Both the position numbers and the translations under genes were made by a program. From contig CAVXYC010000019.1 of assembly GCA_963765765.1 (NCBI GenBank), forward strand, positions 32,001-96,000: 64,000 nt of DNA, given 5' to 3'. Under the pieces are notes generated by a model. The model had not been told where the DNA came from. It made no database searches and worked only from the letters and a program-made list of their open reading frames with translations. The stretch is from an uncultured Chloroflexia bacterium (GTDB taxonomy: Bacteria; Chloroflexota; UBA6077; JACCZL01). Positions 33,046 through 42,316 of the stretch are shown here, piece after piece. Position 1 is the first letter of the stretch, and each line of letters begins with the position of its first letter.

Positions 33046-34113
33046 CTAGCCTCGAGCCATCTCCGGCAGCGCGGCTCGCACGGTTGAGCGGATCGCGTTC
33101 CAATTCGGGGTAAGCACCTCCGCACCGTCGGGCAGGATGCTGGGTCTGGTCAGTCGCTCATCGATAACGGTGAGTTGAATGCTGTCTTCAGGGATCGAAC
33201 GAGCCGTGAATGCCAACGTGATCAGGTCGATGAGCGGCAAGTCGCTGGAGAACCCCCCGCAGCCGTCCAGCACAGAGGGAAGCACGGGTAAGCGCTGGAG
33301 CGTAACAAGCTGCGTGCGAAGTGCAGAGAGCACGAGCTGCTGGCGCCGCATTCGACCAAAATCACTATCGGTGTGCCGTGTCCGGGCGTATTGAAGTGCT
33401 CTCTCGCCGTCCATCCACTGGAAGCCCGGCTCGAATGTTACTTCCATTGTCCCGTAGCTTTCGTCTGGATATTCAGGATCCACTATTCGCGTAGGCACAT
33501 CGAGATACATCCCGCCCACAGCGTCAATCGCCGTGCGGAAACACTGGAAGTCGACAACCGCCCAGTGCGGCACACTGACGTGGAAGTTCTGCTCCACAAC
33601 CTGCTTAGCGCGGGCCACGCCACCGCCAGGACGTTCCTGCTCACCCGCGGAGAACGCCGTGTTGATCCTCTCCTGCCCCAGTCCCGGAATGTCAACGAGC
33701 AAGTCACGTGGAATCGAGACAACGGATGCCTTTTTGCTGGCAACGTCGACGGTTGCTAGAAGCATCGTGTCAGAGCGCGGTGGTTCGTCGCCGCGCCGAT
33801 CGACACCGAGCGCCAGGAAGCTCACCACGTCGCCTCTCGACCAGCGCGGCAGACGCGAGAGATCGAGGGGCGCCGACGGCGATGAGCCGTTCTCGTCCGG
33901 TGCTCGGCCGCTGGCGATGGATGGCAGGGTCGCGACTGTCGGCTCCAGGGTCGGGACGGGCTGCGGAGGCGCCGGGGACGGCTGGGGCGCACAGGCGCTC
34001 ACAATGCTAGCAACGAACACAAGCGCACGGATGGTAAACGCGTGGAATCGCCGCGTGCGCCCCCCTTTTTTTTGTGTGTTCACCCGGTGGCTCGTCGCTG
34101 CATGTGGATACAA
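33046..34113 (-). CDS. LCP (LytR-CpsA-Psr) family protein
   Basis: LGVDRR, RSDTMLL, SIPRDL, ALQYARTRH, SDFGRMRRQQ. Confidence 0.93.
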   Translation of the reverse strand: MYPHAATSHRVNTQKKGGRTRRFHAFTIRALVFVASIVSACAPQPSPAPPQPVPTLEPTVATLPSIASGRAPDENGSSPSAPLDLSRLPRWSRGDVVSFLALGVDRRGDEPPRSDTMLLATVDVASKKASVVSIPRDLLVDIPGLGQERINTAFSAGEQERPGGGVARAKQVVEQNFHVSVPHWAVVDFQCFRTAIDAVGGMYLDVPTRIVDPEYPDESYGTMEVTFEPGFQWMDGERALQYARTRHTDSDFGRMRRQQLVLSALRTQLVTLQRLPVLPSVLDGCGGFSSDLPLIDLITLAFTARSIPEDSIQLTVIDERLTRPSILPDGAEVLTPNWNAIRSTVRAALPEMARG

Positions 34114-34117
34114 CGAT

Positions 34118-34164
34118 ACACTGAACCGATATCAGGAATGACACCGAACGGATATCAGGAATGA
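34118..34164. repeat. 23-bp tandem duplication in a divergent promoter region
   Basis: acactgaaccgatatcaggaatg / acaccgaacggatatcaggaatg (2 mismatches). Confidence 0.8.
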
Positions 34165-34351
34165 TTCAAATATTGTCTGGCACATGTCCAACGGGACCGC
34201 CGACATCCCGTCGGCCCAGCCCTAAGGGCCGCCTAGCGGATGCCACTGCCATCGGATTTTGAATCTGCGACGCAGCACTGCAGCCGGGCCGCCAGGATGT
34301 CGGCGGTCCCATTGCGCCTGTGCACCACTGTAGGAGCTCCCTAATCCGCAC

Positions 34352-35872
34352 ATGATCGCGATTCACGTGCTGCCAAGCGGACCCGTACCGTGGCGAGATC
34401 ATTTGCTTGCCATCTCGGCGCTCCGATTCGAAGAGCGTCGAGTCACAGGAAGATTCAGCACGCTGGTACGGCCTGTTCGCCGACCGGGCAAGTACGCGCT
34501 GGAAGCGCTGAGCCGGGATGCCGCCGACTTTGACGACGCCCCAGCATTTGCCGCGATCGAGCCGGAGCTGCGTGCTTTCCTCTCGTCTAACGTCATTGTG
34601 GGATTTGGAATCAAAGTCACACTGGAGTTCCTGGCAGCGGAGCTGTCACGCATTAATGTCAGCGGCCTGGAAAACGATTGCCTGGAGCTGACCGACCTTG
34701 CCAGCGAGCGCGGGATCCACGTGCGGAAGCTCAGCTTGGGCGACATTGCCGCGGCGCTGCAATTGAGTGCAATCTCGCTCGGCAATCCGGATGCCACGGC
34801 ACGCCTGACTGCCCAGGTCGCGGCCCGCCTTCTGGAGCGGCCGGTTGGTAATGACGAGGGCGCGGCGCCGTCGACTCTTCCGGACCGTTGGGCTCTACTG
34901 GATCCGTCGCGTGTGCGAAGCGTTGCCGAAACACCGGGCGTCTATCTGTTTCGAGACCGCGCTGGCGAAGTGTTGTACGCAGGCTCCTCGGGCAATCTTC
35001 GCCGTCGGCTCGCCTCATATCAGTCTCGTCCACTCGAGCTGGAGCGGCGCCTGGAAGGATTGGCGGAGCGGGTCTGGGAGATCGAGACTCACCCATCAGA
35101 AGGCTACCTTGAGGCACTTATTGACGAGGCGCGATTCATCGGTGCGCATGCGCCTCCTTTCAATGTGCAACGTAAGGTCCGAATGCCGCGACGATTCTTG
35201 CGCGCCTCCACCGCTCCACCCGCGGGGATTCGCCCGGTGGATGGAGTCTTGGCGGATGGCGCCATCTACCTTGGACCCTTCGCGAGCGCGCGTCTCGCAG
35301 GTCAGGCACTCTCACTGGCGCGCGCGGTGTTTCCCGAGCTCGGACGCCAGAGGCGAGTGACGAGTGATGTAGTTGAGTCGAAGCGACGCCGATCGGTCGC
35401 GCAACGGGCGCACGAGCAGTTGACTCGCGCGCAGGCCGTCCGGGATGCACTGCGGCTACTGAGCGGCCAGCGGGAGCTTGCCCTGCAGCGAGTTGGGGAC
35501 CGGACAATCGCCGCGGCTCACGATGGGAATTTTCAGGAGGTTGAGCGGCTGCGTCAGCTCCGGGCCGCGATTGTGAGCTTCGAGATCACCCCGAGTCCGC
35601 TCCGTGACGGACCAGACTCGCGCTTTGCGGTCGCGATCCTGGATGCAGATTCGGCTCCGCGGCTGCTCTATCACCTGGCGTCCGGCAACATTCTGGAACG
35701 GCGTGAGCTGAGTGACCCCACTGAGCTCCACGAGCACATTGAGCGCTGGCGCACAGCGAGTCCGTGCGCCAAGTCCAACGCCCAGTCGTTCCCGCTGATC
35801 ATGCGCTGGCTCGCACTGCAGGGGAAGCGTTGTGAGGTGATCCAATTACCGCCGTGCGCGGCGGCCGGCTAA
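34352..35872 (+). CDS. DnaQ/DEDD-like domain (degenerate) fused to a UvrC/Cho-like GIY-YIG nuclease
   Basis: FSTLVRP, APAFAAIEPELRAFL; TPGVYLFRD..VLYAGSSGNLRRRLASY; EALIDEARFI..PPFN; YLGPF. Confidence 0.82.
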   Translation: MIAIHVLPSGPVPWRDHLLAISALRFEERRVTGRFSTLVRPVRRPGKYALEALSRDAADFDDAPAFAAIEPELRAFLSSNVIVGFGIKVTLEFLAAELSRINVSGLENDCLELTDLASERGIHVRKLSLGDIAAALQLSAISLGNPDATARLTAQVAARLLERPVGNDEGAAPSTLPDRWALLDPSRVRSVAETPGVYLFRDRAGEVLYAGSSGNLRRRLASYQSRPLELERRLEGLAERVWEIETHPSEGYLEALIDEARFIGAHAPPFNVQRKVRMPRRFLRASTAPPAGIRPVDGVLADGAIYLGPFASARLAGQALSLARAVFPELGRQRRVTSDVVESKRRRSVAQRAHEQLTRAQAVRDALRLLSGQRELALQRVGDRTIAAAHDGNFQEVERLRQLRAAIVSFEITPSPLRDGPDSRFAVAILDADSAPRLLYHLASGNILERRELSDPTELHEHIERWRTASPCAKSNAQSFPLIMRWLALQGKRCEVIQLPPCAAAG

Positions 35873-35941
35873 CGTTATCGGTGCAGCATGATGTATCTAC
35901 GGCGCGCTTCGCGCCGATCCCGCTCAGCAGTCAGGCGATTG

Positions 35942-36529
35942 CTACGCGGCTCCGCGGGAGCGGGCGGCGTCAAGCCGCGTCTGGAGCTCCGCGGCGTGCT
36001 CCTGTGAGACACCGGAGAGATTCGCTTGGACATTGGCAGCCCCGCCATCGATGGCCGCGCGCGCTAGGGCGATAGCCGTTGTCACATCGCTCCCTAACAT
36101 CGGGTTGGTGATGTCAGCAGCCCGATGACAGAGCTCCACTAACTCGGCTGCTTCTTCCGCCACTGCCAGCGGTGGCGCAGCCGCCGCCCAGGAAGCCTCG
36201 CGGATCGCTGCCGAGCGTGCCACTTTTTCATCATCGGTCGCGCGGGGCAAGCGATACGCCGCGCCCACGGCGGCGTATGCCTCGGCATCCGCTTCCACAG
36301 CTTGGTGGAAACGGGCGCGTGCAGCGTCGGCCTCGGCCAGGATCGCCTGGACGTCGCTCTCAACCAAGGCGAATTTCTCCCGCCCAACGGTGAAGCGACA
36401 AACCATGGCAAGTAGAGCCGCGCCCAACGCTCCGGACAAGGCCGCTGCCGCACCGCCGCCTGGCGTTGGATTGCCGCTGGCAAGCTCATCGGAGAATTGC
36501 GTCAGGGTCAGCTCATTCAGTCCAGCCAT
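35942..36529 (-). CDS. Formiminotetrahydrofolate cyclodeaminase/cyclohydrolase (FTCD_C)
   Basis: FSDELASGNPTPGGGAAAA, EADAEAY, NVQANL; GGAGG RBS. Confidence 0.9.
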   Translation of the reverse strand: MAGLNELTLTQFSDELASGNPTPGGGAAAALSGALGAALLAMVCRFTVGREKFALVESDVQAILAEADAARARFHQAVEADAEAYAAVGAAYRLPRATDDEKVARSAAIREASWAAAAPPLAVAEEAAELVELCHRAADITNPMLGSDVTTAIALARAAIDGGAANVQANLSGVSQEHAAELQTRLDAARSRGAA

Positions 36530-36580
36530 GGGGCCTCCGGTATCGTCGGGCTTCATGTGGGGTTCCGTATCATCACGTCG

Positions 36581-37498
36581 ATGCAGCTTATTGAGTGTGT
36601 TCCCAACTTTAGCGAAGGTCGCCGCTCCCATGTCATTCAGGCGATCCGAGCTGCCGCCGAGGAAGCAGGCGCTTGGGTGCTGGATCTGCATGCCGATGAA
36701 GCGCACAATCGCTCGGTGCTCACGTTTGCTGGCCCTGGCGAGGCCGTATTGGAGGCGGCGTTCCGCTGTGTGGAGCGCGCCGCGACGCTGATCGACATGC
36801 GACTCCATCGCGGTGAGCATCCACGGATCGGCGCAACGGACGTCGTGCCATTCGTGCCGCTGGGCGAAAGCACAATGGTGCAATGTGTTGAGCTGGCGCG
36901 AAGGCTCGGTGACAGAATCGGCAACGAGCTCGACATTCCCGTATACCTCTATGCCGAGGCTGCCACTCGGGAGGAACGTCGTTGGCTGCCGAGCATCCGT
37001 CAAGGCGAGTACGAGGGACTGGACAGGGAGATCGATTCTCTGACCGAACGTACTCCGGACTTCGGTCCTCGTCGCATAGGACCGGCCGGGGCGACGGTAG
37101 TTGGCGCCCGGCCGTTTCTCGTCGCCTACAACGTAAATCTGCTCACCCCGGATGTCTCGATTGCACAGCAAATCGCCCGACAGATCCGGCAATCGAGTGG
37201 CGGGTTTTCGGCTGTTCAAGCACGCGCCATGCGAACCGCTGATCCAGGCATCGTGCAGGTGTCGATGAACTTGCTCGACATCAGCGCGACTCCCGCGCAC
37301 GTTGTCTTCGCGGCGATTAACGAGCTTGCTTCGGAATCGGGCATCGACGTGGCCGGGGCTGAGCTCGTGGGCCTCATGCCTATGAGCATGGCCACAAGTG
37401 CGGCGGCTGGCGCGCTTGGCCTTCCTGACCTTCAGCCGCCCCATTCCGTTGAGTACCGGCTGCTGGAGGCGCTGCTCGCTCAAAGGCCCCGAACGTAG
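36581..37498 (+). CDS. ftcD: Glutamate formimidoyltransferase
   Basis: IECVPNFSEGR, HNRSV, HRGEHPRIGATDVVPFVP, GARPFLVAYN, VQVSMNL. Confidence 0.93.
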   Translation: MQLIECVPNFSEGRRSHVIQAIRAAAEEAGAWVLDLHADEAHNRSVLTFAGPGEAVLEAAFRCVERAATLIDMRLHRGEHPRIGATDVVPFVPLGESTMVQCVELARRLGDRIGNELDIPVYLYAEAATREERRWLPSIRQGEYEGLDREIDSLTERTPDFGPRRIGPAGATVVGARPFLVAYNVNLLTPDVSIAQQIARQIRQSSGGFSAVQARAMRTADPGIVQVSMNLLDISATPAHVVFAAINELASESGIDVAGAELVGLMPMSMATSAAAGALGLPDLQPPHSVEYRLLEALLAQRPRT

Positions 37499-37667
37499 AT
37501 GATTCTCTTAAGCGTTCGCCGGCTCTGCCTCCAGACCCATATGCAATCGCAATGATCAGCTCACCGCGCTACGAGGGCCAAGAGTGTTCCAAATGCGAGA
37601 TCGAAGGTTTGGGATTTCTACATAACTCCACGAGGGCACGTCGCTCGCAGATAGCGCTTCGCGCCCG

Positions 37668-39233
37668 TCAACTGTCTCTCGATGGTCTCGGAGCGTCAGG
37701 CACATACAGCCAGTACAGGTCCACCCGTTTCGAGAAGACGTAGTAGTCCGCGATCGCACGCCGTACTGATTCCGGCCATTTGGGCTGGCCGTTGATGTAG
37801 CGCGTCTGGCGGACGTCGCCGCGGAGGACCACGAGTCCGTACTCGCGCTGACGGATACGCTGAATGAGATCGGTGTCATCGTAACGGCCAGCTGTCTGCA
37901 ACATGCTCAGATGGAACACGTCCGACACTACCAGCGGCACTCCAGCCAGCAGCGCCATGGTTGGCTCTTCCGTGAGCACAGAGCCCGCGGCGGCGATCTC
38001 CGCGATCGGCTGCCGACGATCCGTATCCACGCCGCCGTCCTTCCGCCAGGATCTGAACGTTTCATTGCCCCAGGCGACGCTCGCGATCAACACGAGTGCC
38101 GAAGCCGCCAGAAATCTGAGGTCACCTCGATTCGCGCGATTCCAGATCGCGGCGAATCCGTGGGCGCCCAGCCAGCAGGTGGCCGCTGCAGGCTCGATGA
38201 GATAGTTCACGTCGCCGCCTCGCCCCCGAAGGCTATAGAGACCGACGGCGAGCGCCACGAGCCAGTAGATGCCGCTCAGCTCCAGTCGATGTGTCCGCAT
38301 CTGAACTCCCAGTCCGATCAACGCCGCGCCGAAGGGCACCCAGGCAAGTCGCGGAAGCTGGAGGAAGACGGACACGGCATGCTCCACCGTGAGGAGCGGA
38401 TTCATGTGCGCAACAACGGTGTGGTCGAACGCCTCGCCGCTCGAGAGGACCAACGTCACCGCGGCTCCGAGGGCCAGCGTGCCGAGCGTTGCCGCACTGA
38501 AACGAAGGCCGTCGCCGAAGCGACGCTGACTGATCAGCCAGAGAGCGATCGAAACGGGCATTGCAACGGCGGTTAGCTTCATGAGCATGGCAAGACCTGC
38601 CAGGACTCCTGCGATCCAGAGGCATCGACGGCCCCGTAGCGCTTGCCAACCCGCCAGAAGGCTCAGAAAGATCGCTGGTAGGTCAGGACGGACGGAGAAT
38701 CCCCAATGATCCAGCAGTGGGATTGACAGAAATAAAGCGCTGGCCGTCAGAGCGGCCAAAAGCCCCACGCCTTCCTTGCGACTGACGTGGCCGATCGTTA
38801 ACGCAGAGCCAATCGCTGTGGCCAACGTCAGCGCGCGAACCGCGACGGTGGTCTCATACGCTCCCATGCTGAGCACGCCGGACAGCGTCGCTCCTAGTAC
38901 ATAGAGCGCCGGCGGATACGGTGTGAGGACCAGGGGATACGAGAGGAACTCCGGGTAGAGCGGCTCGCCGGCGCGCAGGCGAAGAATGGCCGCGACGTGG
39001 GCTCCCTCCGGATACGTGATCGGTGTCGTGGTTACGAGGGACGTGAGGGCGAAATAGAGGAACGTGGCCGTCAGGAGCACGCCGATGCCAAGCACGACAA
39101 GGCTCAAAGCGACCGCCATGGGACGCCAGTGGGAGACCGTGGACGACGTGCTCGACCGAGCTTCGGTGTGGATCACATTGCTGGTCCGTGACCGGACATA
39201 ACCGGCGGAGTCCGCTGTATACTCGTGCTCCAC
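37668..39233 (-). CDS. Multi-pass GT-C fold (ArnT/PMT-like) glycosyltransferase; start uncertain
   Basis: ITYPEG, TPYPPALY, RPDLPAI, LAMLMK, many TM segments. Confidence 0.7.
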   Translation of the reverse strand: MEHEYTADSAGYVRSRTSNVIHTEARSSTSSTVSHWRPMAVALSLVVLGIGVLLTATFLYFALTSLVTTTPITYPEGAHVAAILRLRAGEPLYPEFLSYPLVLTPYPPALYVLGATLSGVLSMGAYETTVAVRALTLATAIGSALTIGHVSRKEGVGLLAALTASALFLSIPLLDHWGFSVRPDLPAIFLSLLAGWQALRGRRCLWIAGVLAGLAMLMKLTAVAMPVSIALWLISQRRFGDGLRFSAATLGTLALGAAVTLVLSSGEAFDHTVVAHMNPLLTVEHAVSVFLQLPRLAWVPFGAALIGLGVQMRTHRLELSGIYWLVALAVGLYSLRGRGGDVNYLIEPAAATCWLGAHGFAAIWNRANRGDLRFLAASALVLIASVAWGNETFRSWRKDGGVDTDRRQPIAEIAAAGSVLTEEPTMALLAGVPLVVSDVFHLSMLQTAGRYDDTDLIQRIRQREYGLVVLRGDVRQTRYINGQPKWPESVRRAIADYYVFSKRVDLYWLYVPDAPRPSRDS

Positions 39234-39343
39234 ATCGGAGAGGCCGCTACTAATGTGCGGACTCTACCGAGTGAAACCGAGTAATCCCGCCACTGACCAT
39301 CCCCGGTGACAGGGCCCATCGACAATCTCCGAGCAAGAGCGGG

Positions 39344-40561
39344 ATGTCCTCTCCAGCACACGTCATGAGCGCACCACGATCCCGGATACTGTTGCTTCGA
39401 GCGGTGCTGGTAATCCTCGCCCTGGCCCTCCCGCTGGTTGGCCTGGAGCTGGCGATGCGCATGTATGGCCCGTTCCTGCCGGGAAGCTACGCGGCCAATC
39501 TGTACAGCGGACCTCACCCTCTCTATGGCTTTGCGCGCATCCCGGGAACTGTGGGATGGGTGAAGACGGCCGAGTACATGGCACCCTTCGCTATTAACTC
39601 CCACGGACTTCGTGAGCGGGAGATTCCCTATGAGAGTCCGTCCGACCTGAAGCGCGTGCTCATCATCGGAGACTCCTTCGTGGAGGGCATCCAGGTGCGT
39701 CCGGAGCAGACGGCGTCGCGCGTGCTGGAAACGATGCTGCAATCGCGATTTTCTGCCCCAACGCAGGTCGTCAACGCCGGCAATGGTGGCTGGAGCACGG
39801 CGCAGGAATTTGAGTTTCTTCGCCATGAGGGATTGGAATACAAGCCTGATCTGGTGGTGCTGGTGTTTTACACCGGGAACGATGTCTCCGATAACAGCTT
39901 TCGCCTGAAGGGCAACGTCCGCAACCTACGTAAGCCGTATTATGCGATGCGCGACGGGCGGTTGGAGCAGCAACGCTGGACGCCGCGACGTGCAGACCAG
40001 AGCTCAACGCAGGGCGCCTGGAGCAGTCTATATCTCTGGAGTATGTTTCAGAGTGGAGTTCTTGCCCACGTTCGTCCCGGGGCGAACACGACCGATGTTG
40101 ATGACGACGAGGCCCTTCAGTTCGACCAGCTTCTGGACACCGAGATCCGTGTCTTTGCAACCAACCCGAGGTCTGAGTGGCGCGATGCGTGGGACGTTAC
40201 TGAGGCACTTTTCGTGGCCGCTCGCGACGCGGCGCAGGCGGCGAATGCTCGGTTCCTGCTAGTAAATGCGCCAACCGTCTGGCAGATATACCCGGACCAA
40301 TGGGAAGCATTCCGCGCGACCCATGGCCTCACTGGCGACGGTTGGGACATGGACGTGGCTCGCCGGCGCCTGGCCGAGCTCTCGGCGCGTCAGGGCATTG
40401 AGTACCTGGATCTCGCGCCGAGCTTGCTGGCTGCTACCGCCTCGGAGCCTGCGCTCTATTTTTCTCGAGATCTGCACTGGACCCCGGCCGGACACCGCGT
40501 GGTTGCACAGGCAATGGCTGAGCGGATCGAAGAGCGGTTCGCGGTGGCGCTGGAGCATTGA
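39344..40561 (+). CDS. Membrane-anchored SGNH/GDSL hydrolase (AlgJ/AlgX-like)
   Basis: INSHGLR, IGDSFVEG, NAGNGG, YTGND, RDLHWTPAGH. Confidence 0.88.
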   Translation: MSSPAHVMSAPRSRILLLRAVLVILALALPLVGLELAMRMYGPFLPGSYAANLYSGPHPLYGFARIPGTVGWVKTAEYMAPFAINSHGLREREIPYESPSDLKRVLIIGDSFVEGIQVRPEQTASRVLETMLQSRFSAPTQVVNAGNGGWSTAQEFEFLRHEGLEYKPDLVVLVFYTGNDVSDNSFRLKGNVRNLRKPYYAMRDGRLEQQRWTPRRADQSSTQGAWSSLYLWSMFQSGVLAHVRPGANTTDVDDDEALQFDQLLDTEIRVFATNPRSEWRDAWDVTEALFVAARDAAQAANARFLLVNAPTVWQIYPDQWEAFRATHGLTGDGWDMDVARRRLAELSARQGIEYLDLAPSLLAATASEPALYFSRDLHWTPAGHRVVAQAMAERIEERFAVALEH

Positions 40562-40587
40562 GTTGAGCGAGCGCTCCCTAGCCGCTG

Positions 40588-40687
40588 GCTCCCTCTCCCG
40601 CTGGGAGAGGGTTGGGGTGAGGGGCTGGAGACCGGGGATATCCCGCTCCAGCCCTCACCCCAACCTTCTCCCAGCGGGAGAGGGAGC
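40588..40687. repeat. Long intergenic palindrome, same family as 529..637, opposite arm order
   Basis: gctccctctcccgctgggagagggttggggtgagggg ... ccctcaccccaaccttctcccagcgggagagggagc. Confidence 0.85.
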
Positions 40688-40705
40688 TGTCTCGGGGCCT
40701 GGATC

Positions 40706-42310
40706 TTGATCGCCACAGCAGCCGCTACCGCTCGGGGTGGGAGCCGCGGAATCCTTGCAGATGCCATTCTGTGCGCCGGACTTCTGGCTGTGGGCGTCGC
40801 CTTTCGTTGGCCGGAGCTGTGGAACATTCCCGTCTTCACGGACGAGTGGGACGAGATCCGGGTCAGCCTCAACATCCTGCGGGATGGCGCAGTTCCGTTG
40901 ACCAACGCCGATCCTTACTACGGCGCACTCACCAGCTATCTGATGGCCGGATTCCTTTTGTTCACCGGCGTGAACATGGAAGCGCCCCGTCTCTTTGCTT
41001 TGACACTTGGCGCATTGCAGCTCATACCGACCTATCTACTGGGTCTGGAAGCCGGCCGAGCGTTTGGCTTCGAGGATCATCGAGCTCGACTCGCCGGGGT
41101 GCTCACGGGGCTGCTGCTCGCGGCCGCGGGTGGTCACATTGTGCTCAACAGTCATCTTGCCTGGGCAAACAGCACGACTCCGCTTTTCACCACAACGGCG
41201 CTCTGGCTTCTCTTGCGTGTCGCGCGACGATGGCAAGAGAACAAGCTTGGTGGATGGGACCTTGCCGCGGCAGGGTTGTGCCTGGGATTTGCACTACAGA
41301 CACACATCATGGTGCTCGTCCTCATTATCGGAGCGGCTATCGGGGCCTTGCTCACCGTCCCACGACTTGTTTTCGGACGCTGGGGCCTGATCTCTGGTAT
41401 GGCGATCATGCTCGGCTACTCGAATATGATCGTTTTCAACGTCCTTACTCGTGGTGAGACGTTTCGATTCGCACAGTCCATGTCGGACGGGTATTCGGGT
41501 GGGAAGGAGGTCGGATACCTCCAGAAGCTGGGCAGTCTCCTGCTTTCCCTTCTGCGCATGGCTGGTGGTGCGATCGATCGCCGTGATTCGTTCTGGTCCT
41601 TTGTCACTGACCCACTATTGGTCCTGTGCATAGTGGGGGCGCTTGTAGGGGTCGGGTTGCTCGCCGTTCGTCGTCAGACGATGTTGCTGTGCGTATTGCT
41701 TGCCGCGGTGCTCCTGCTGCCATTCGTGAACAACCGGTATGAGCCGCTGTTTAGTGGTCGGTATCTCTCACCGCTCCTGCCGTTATTGTTTACCGGTTTG
41801 AGTATCGTGCTCATTGTGCTTTCCAGTCGTCTTGTTCGGCCCCGGCTGGTCCCCCTCGCGGCGGTGCTTATGGTCGTGGTCATCGGCGGTTATTCGCTGA
41901 TGCAGCTATTTGCGCTGTACGGTCGTCTCGAGGCATCGGGGCGTTCAAACACACGGGTGCTGGAGACAATGCGGGGCGTAAAAGCCATGATTCAGCCAGG
42001 TGAGACTGTCTATCTGGACAATCGATTGAGTCGACGCCGGCTTATGGAAGCCGGCGCGGGCGACATGGAGCGCGTCTTCAGCGCATTACTGGACGTGAGT
42101 GGTATGCCCTACAGGGTCGTGACCATCGATGATGGCTGGCAGCCGGCGGAGCCAGGTCTGGTGATTCTGGCATCGCGCGAGACGCCGCGTTCAACGGGTG
42201 CCGTGATTGCGCGTTTGAGACTGACTCAACCGCGTGGAGGCCCGGCGGAGCCGATGGCAGAGGGTGAGATCTTCCAGCTCTACCGCGCCGCGGCATCACC
42301 AAAGGTCTAA
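40706..42310 (+). CDS. GT-C fold (GT39/ArnT-like) glycosyltransferase
   Basis: FTDEW after TM1, PYYGAL, APRLF, GFALQTH, GRYLSPLLP. Confidence 0.75.
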   Translation: MIATAAATARGGSRGILADAILCAGLLAVGVAFRWPELWNIPVFTDEWDEIRVSLNILRDGAVPLTNADPYYGALTSYLMAGFLLFTGVNMEAPRLFALTLGALQLIPTYLLGLEAGRAFGFEDHRARLAGVLTGLLLAAAGGHIVLNSHLAWANSTTPLFTTTALWLLLRVARRWQENKLGGWDLAAAGLCLGFALQTHIMVLVLIIGAAIGALLTVPRLVFGRWGLISGMAIMLGYSNMIVFNVLTRGETFRFAQSMSDGYSGGKEVGYLQKLGSLLLSLLRMAGGAIDRRDSFWSFVTDPLLVLCIVGALVGVGLLAVRRQTMLLCVLLAAVLLLPFVNNRYEPLFSGRYLSPLLPLLFTGLSIVLIVLSSRLVRPRLVPLAAVLMVVVIGGYSLMQLFALYGRLEASGRSNTRVLETMRGVKAMIQPGETVYLDNRLSRRRLMEAGAGDMERVFSALLDVSGMPYRVVTIDDGWQPAEPGLVILASRETPRSTGAVIARLRLTQPRGGPAEPMAEGEIFQLYRAAASPKV

Positions 42311-42316
42311 CGAAAT

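Noticed and set aside
34060-34073. C6T8 homopolymer near the LCP 5' end as a phase-variation tract
   Set aside because: The tract is short, the start codon is uncertain and there is no evidence of variation
35942-37483. 513-aa minus-strand ORF overlapping ftcD
   Set aside because: Only the last ~195 aa are the cyclodeaminase, which has its own RBS; the rest is an antisense shadow
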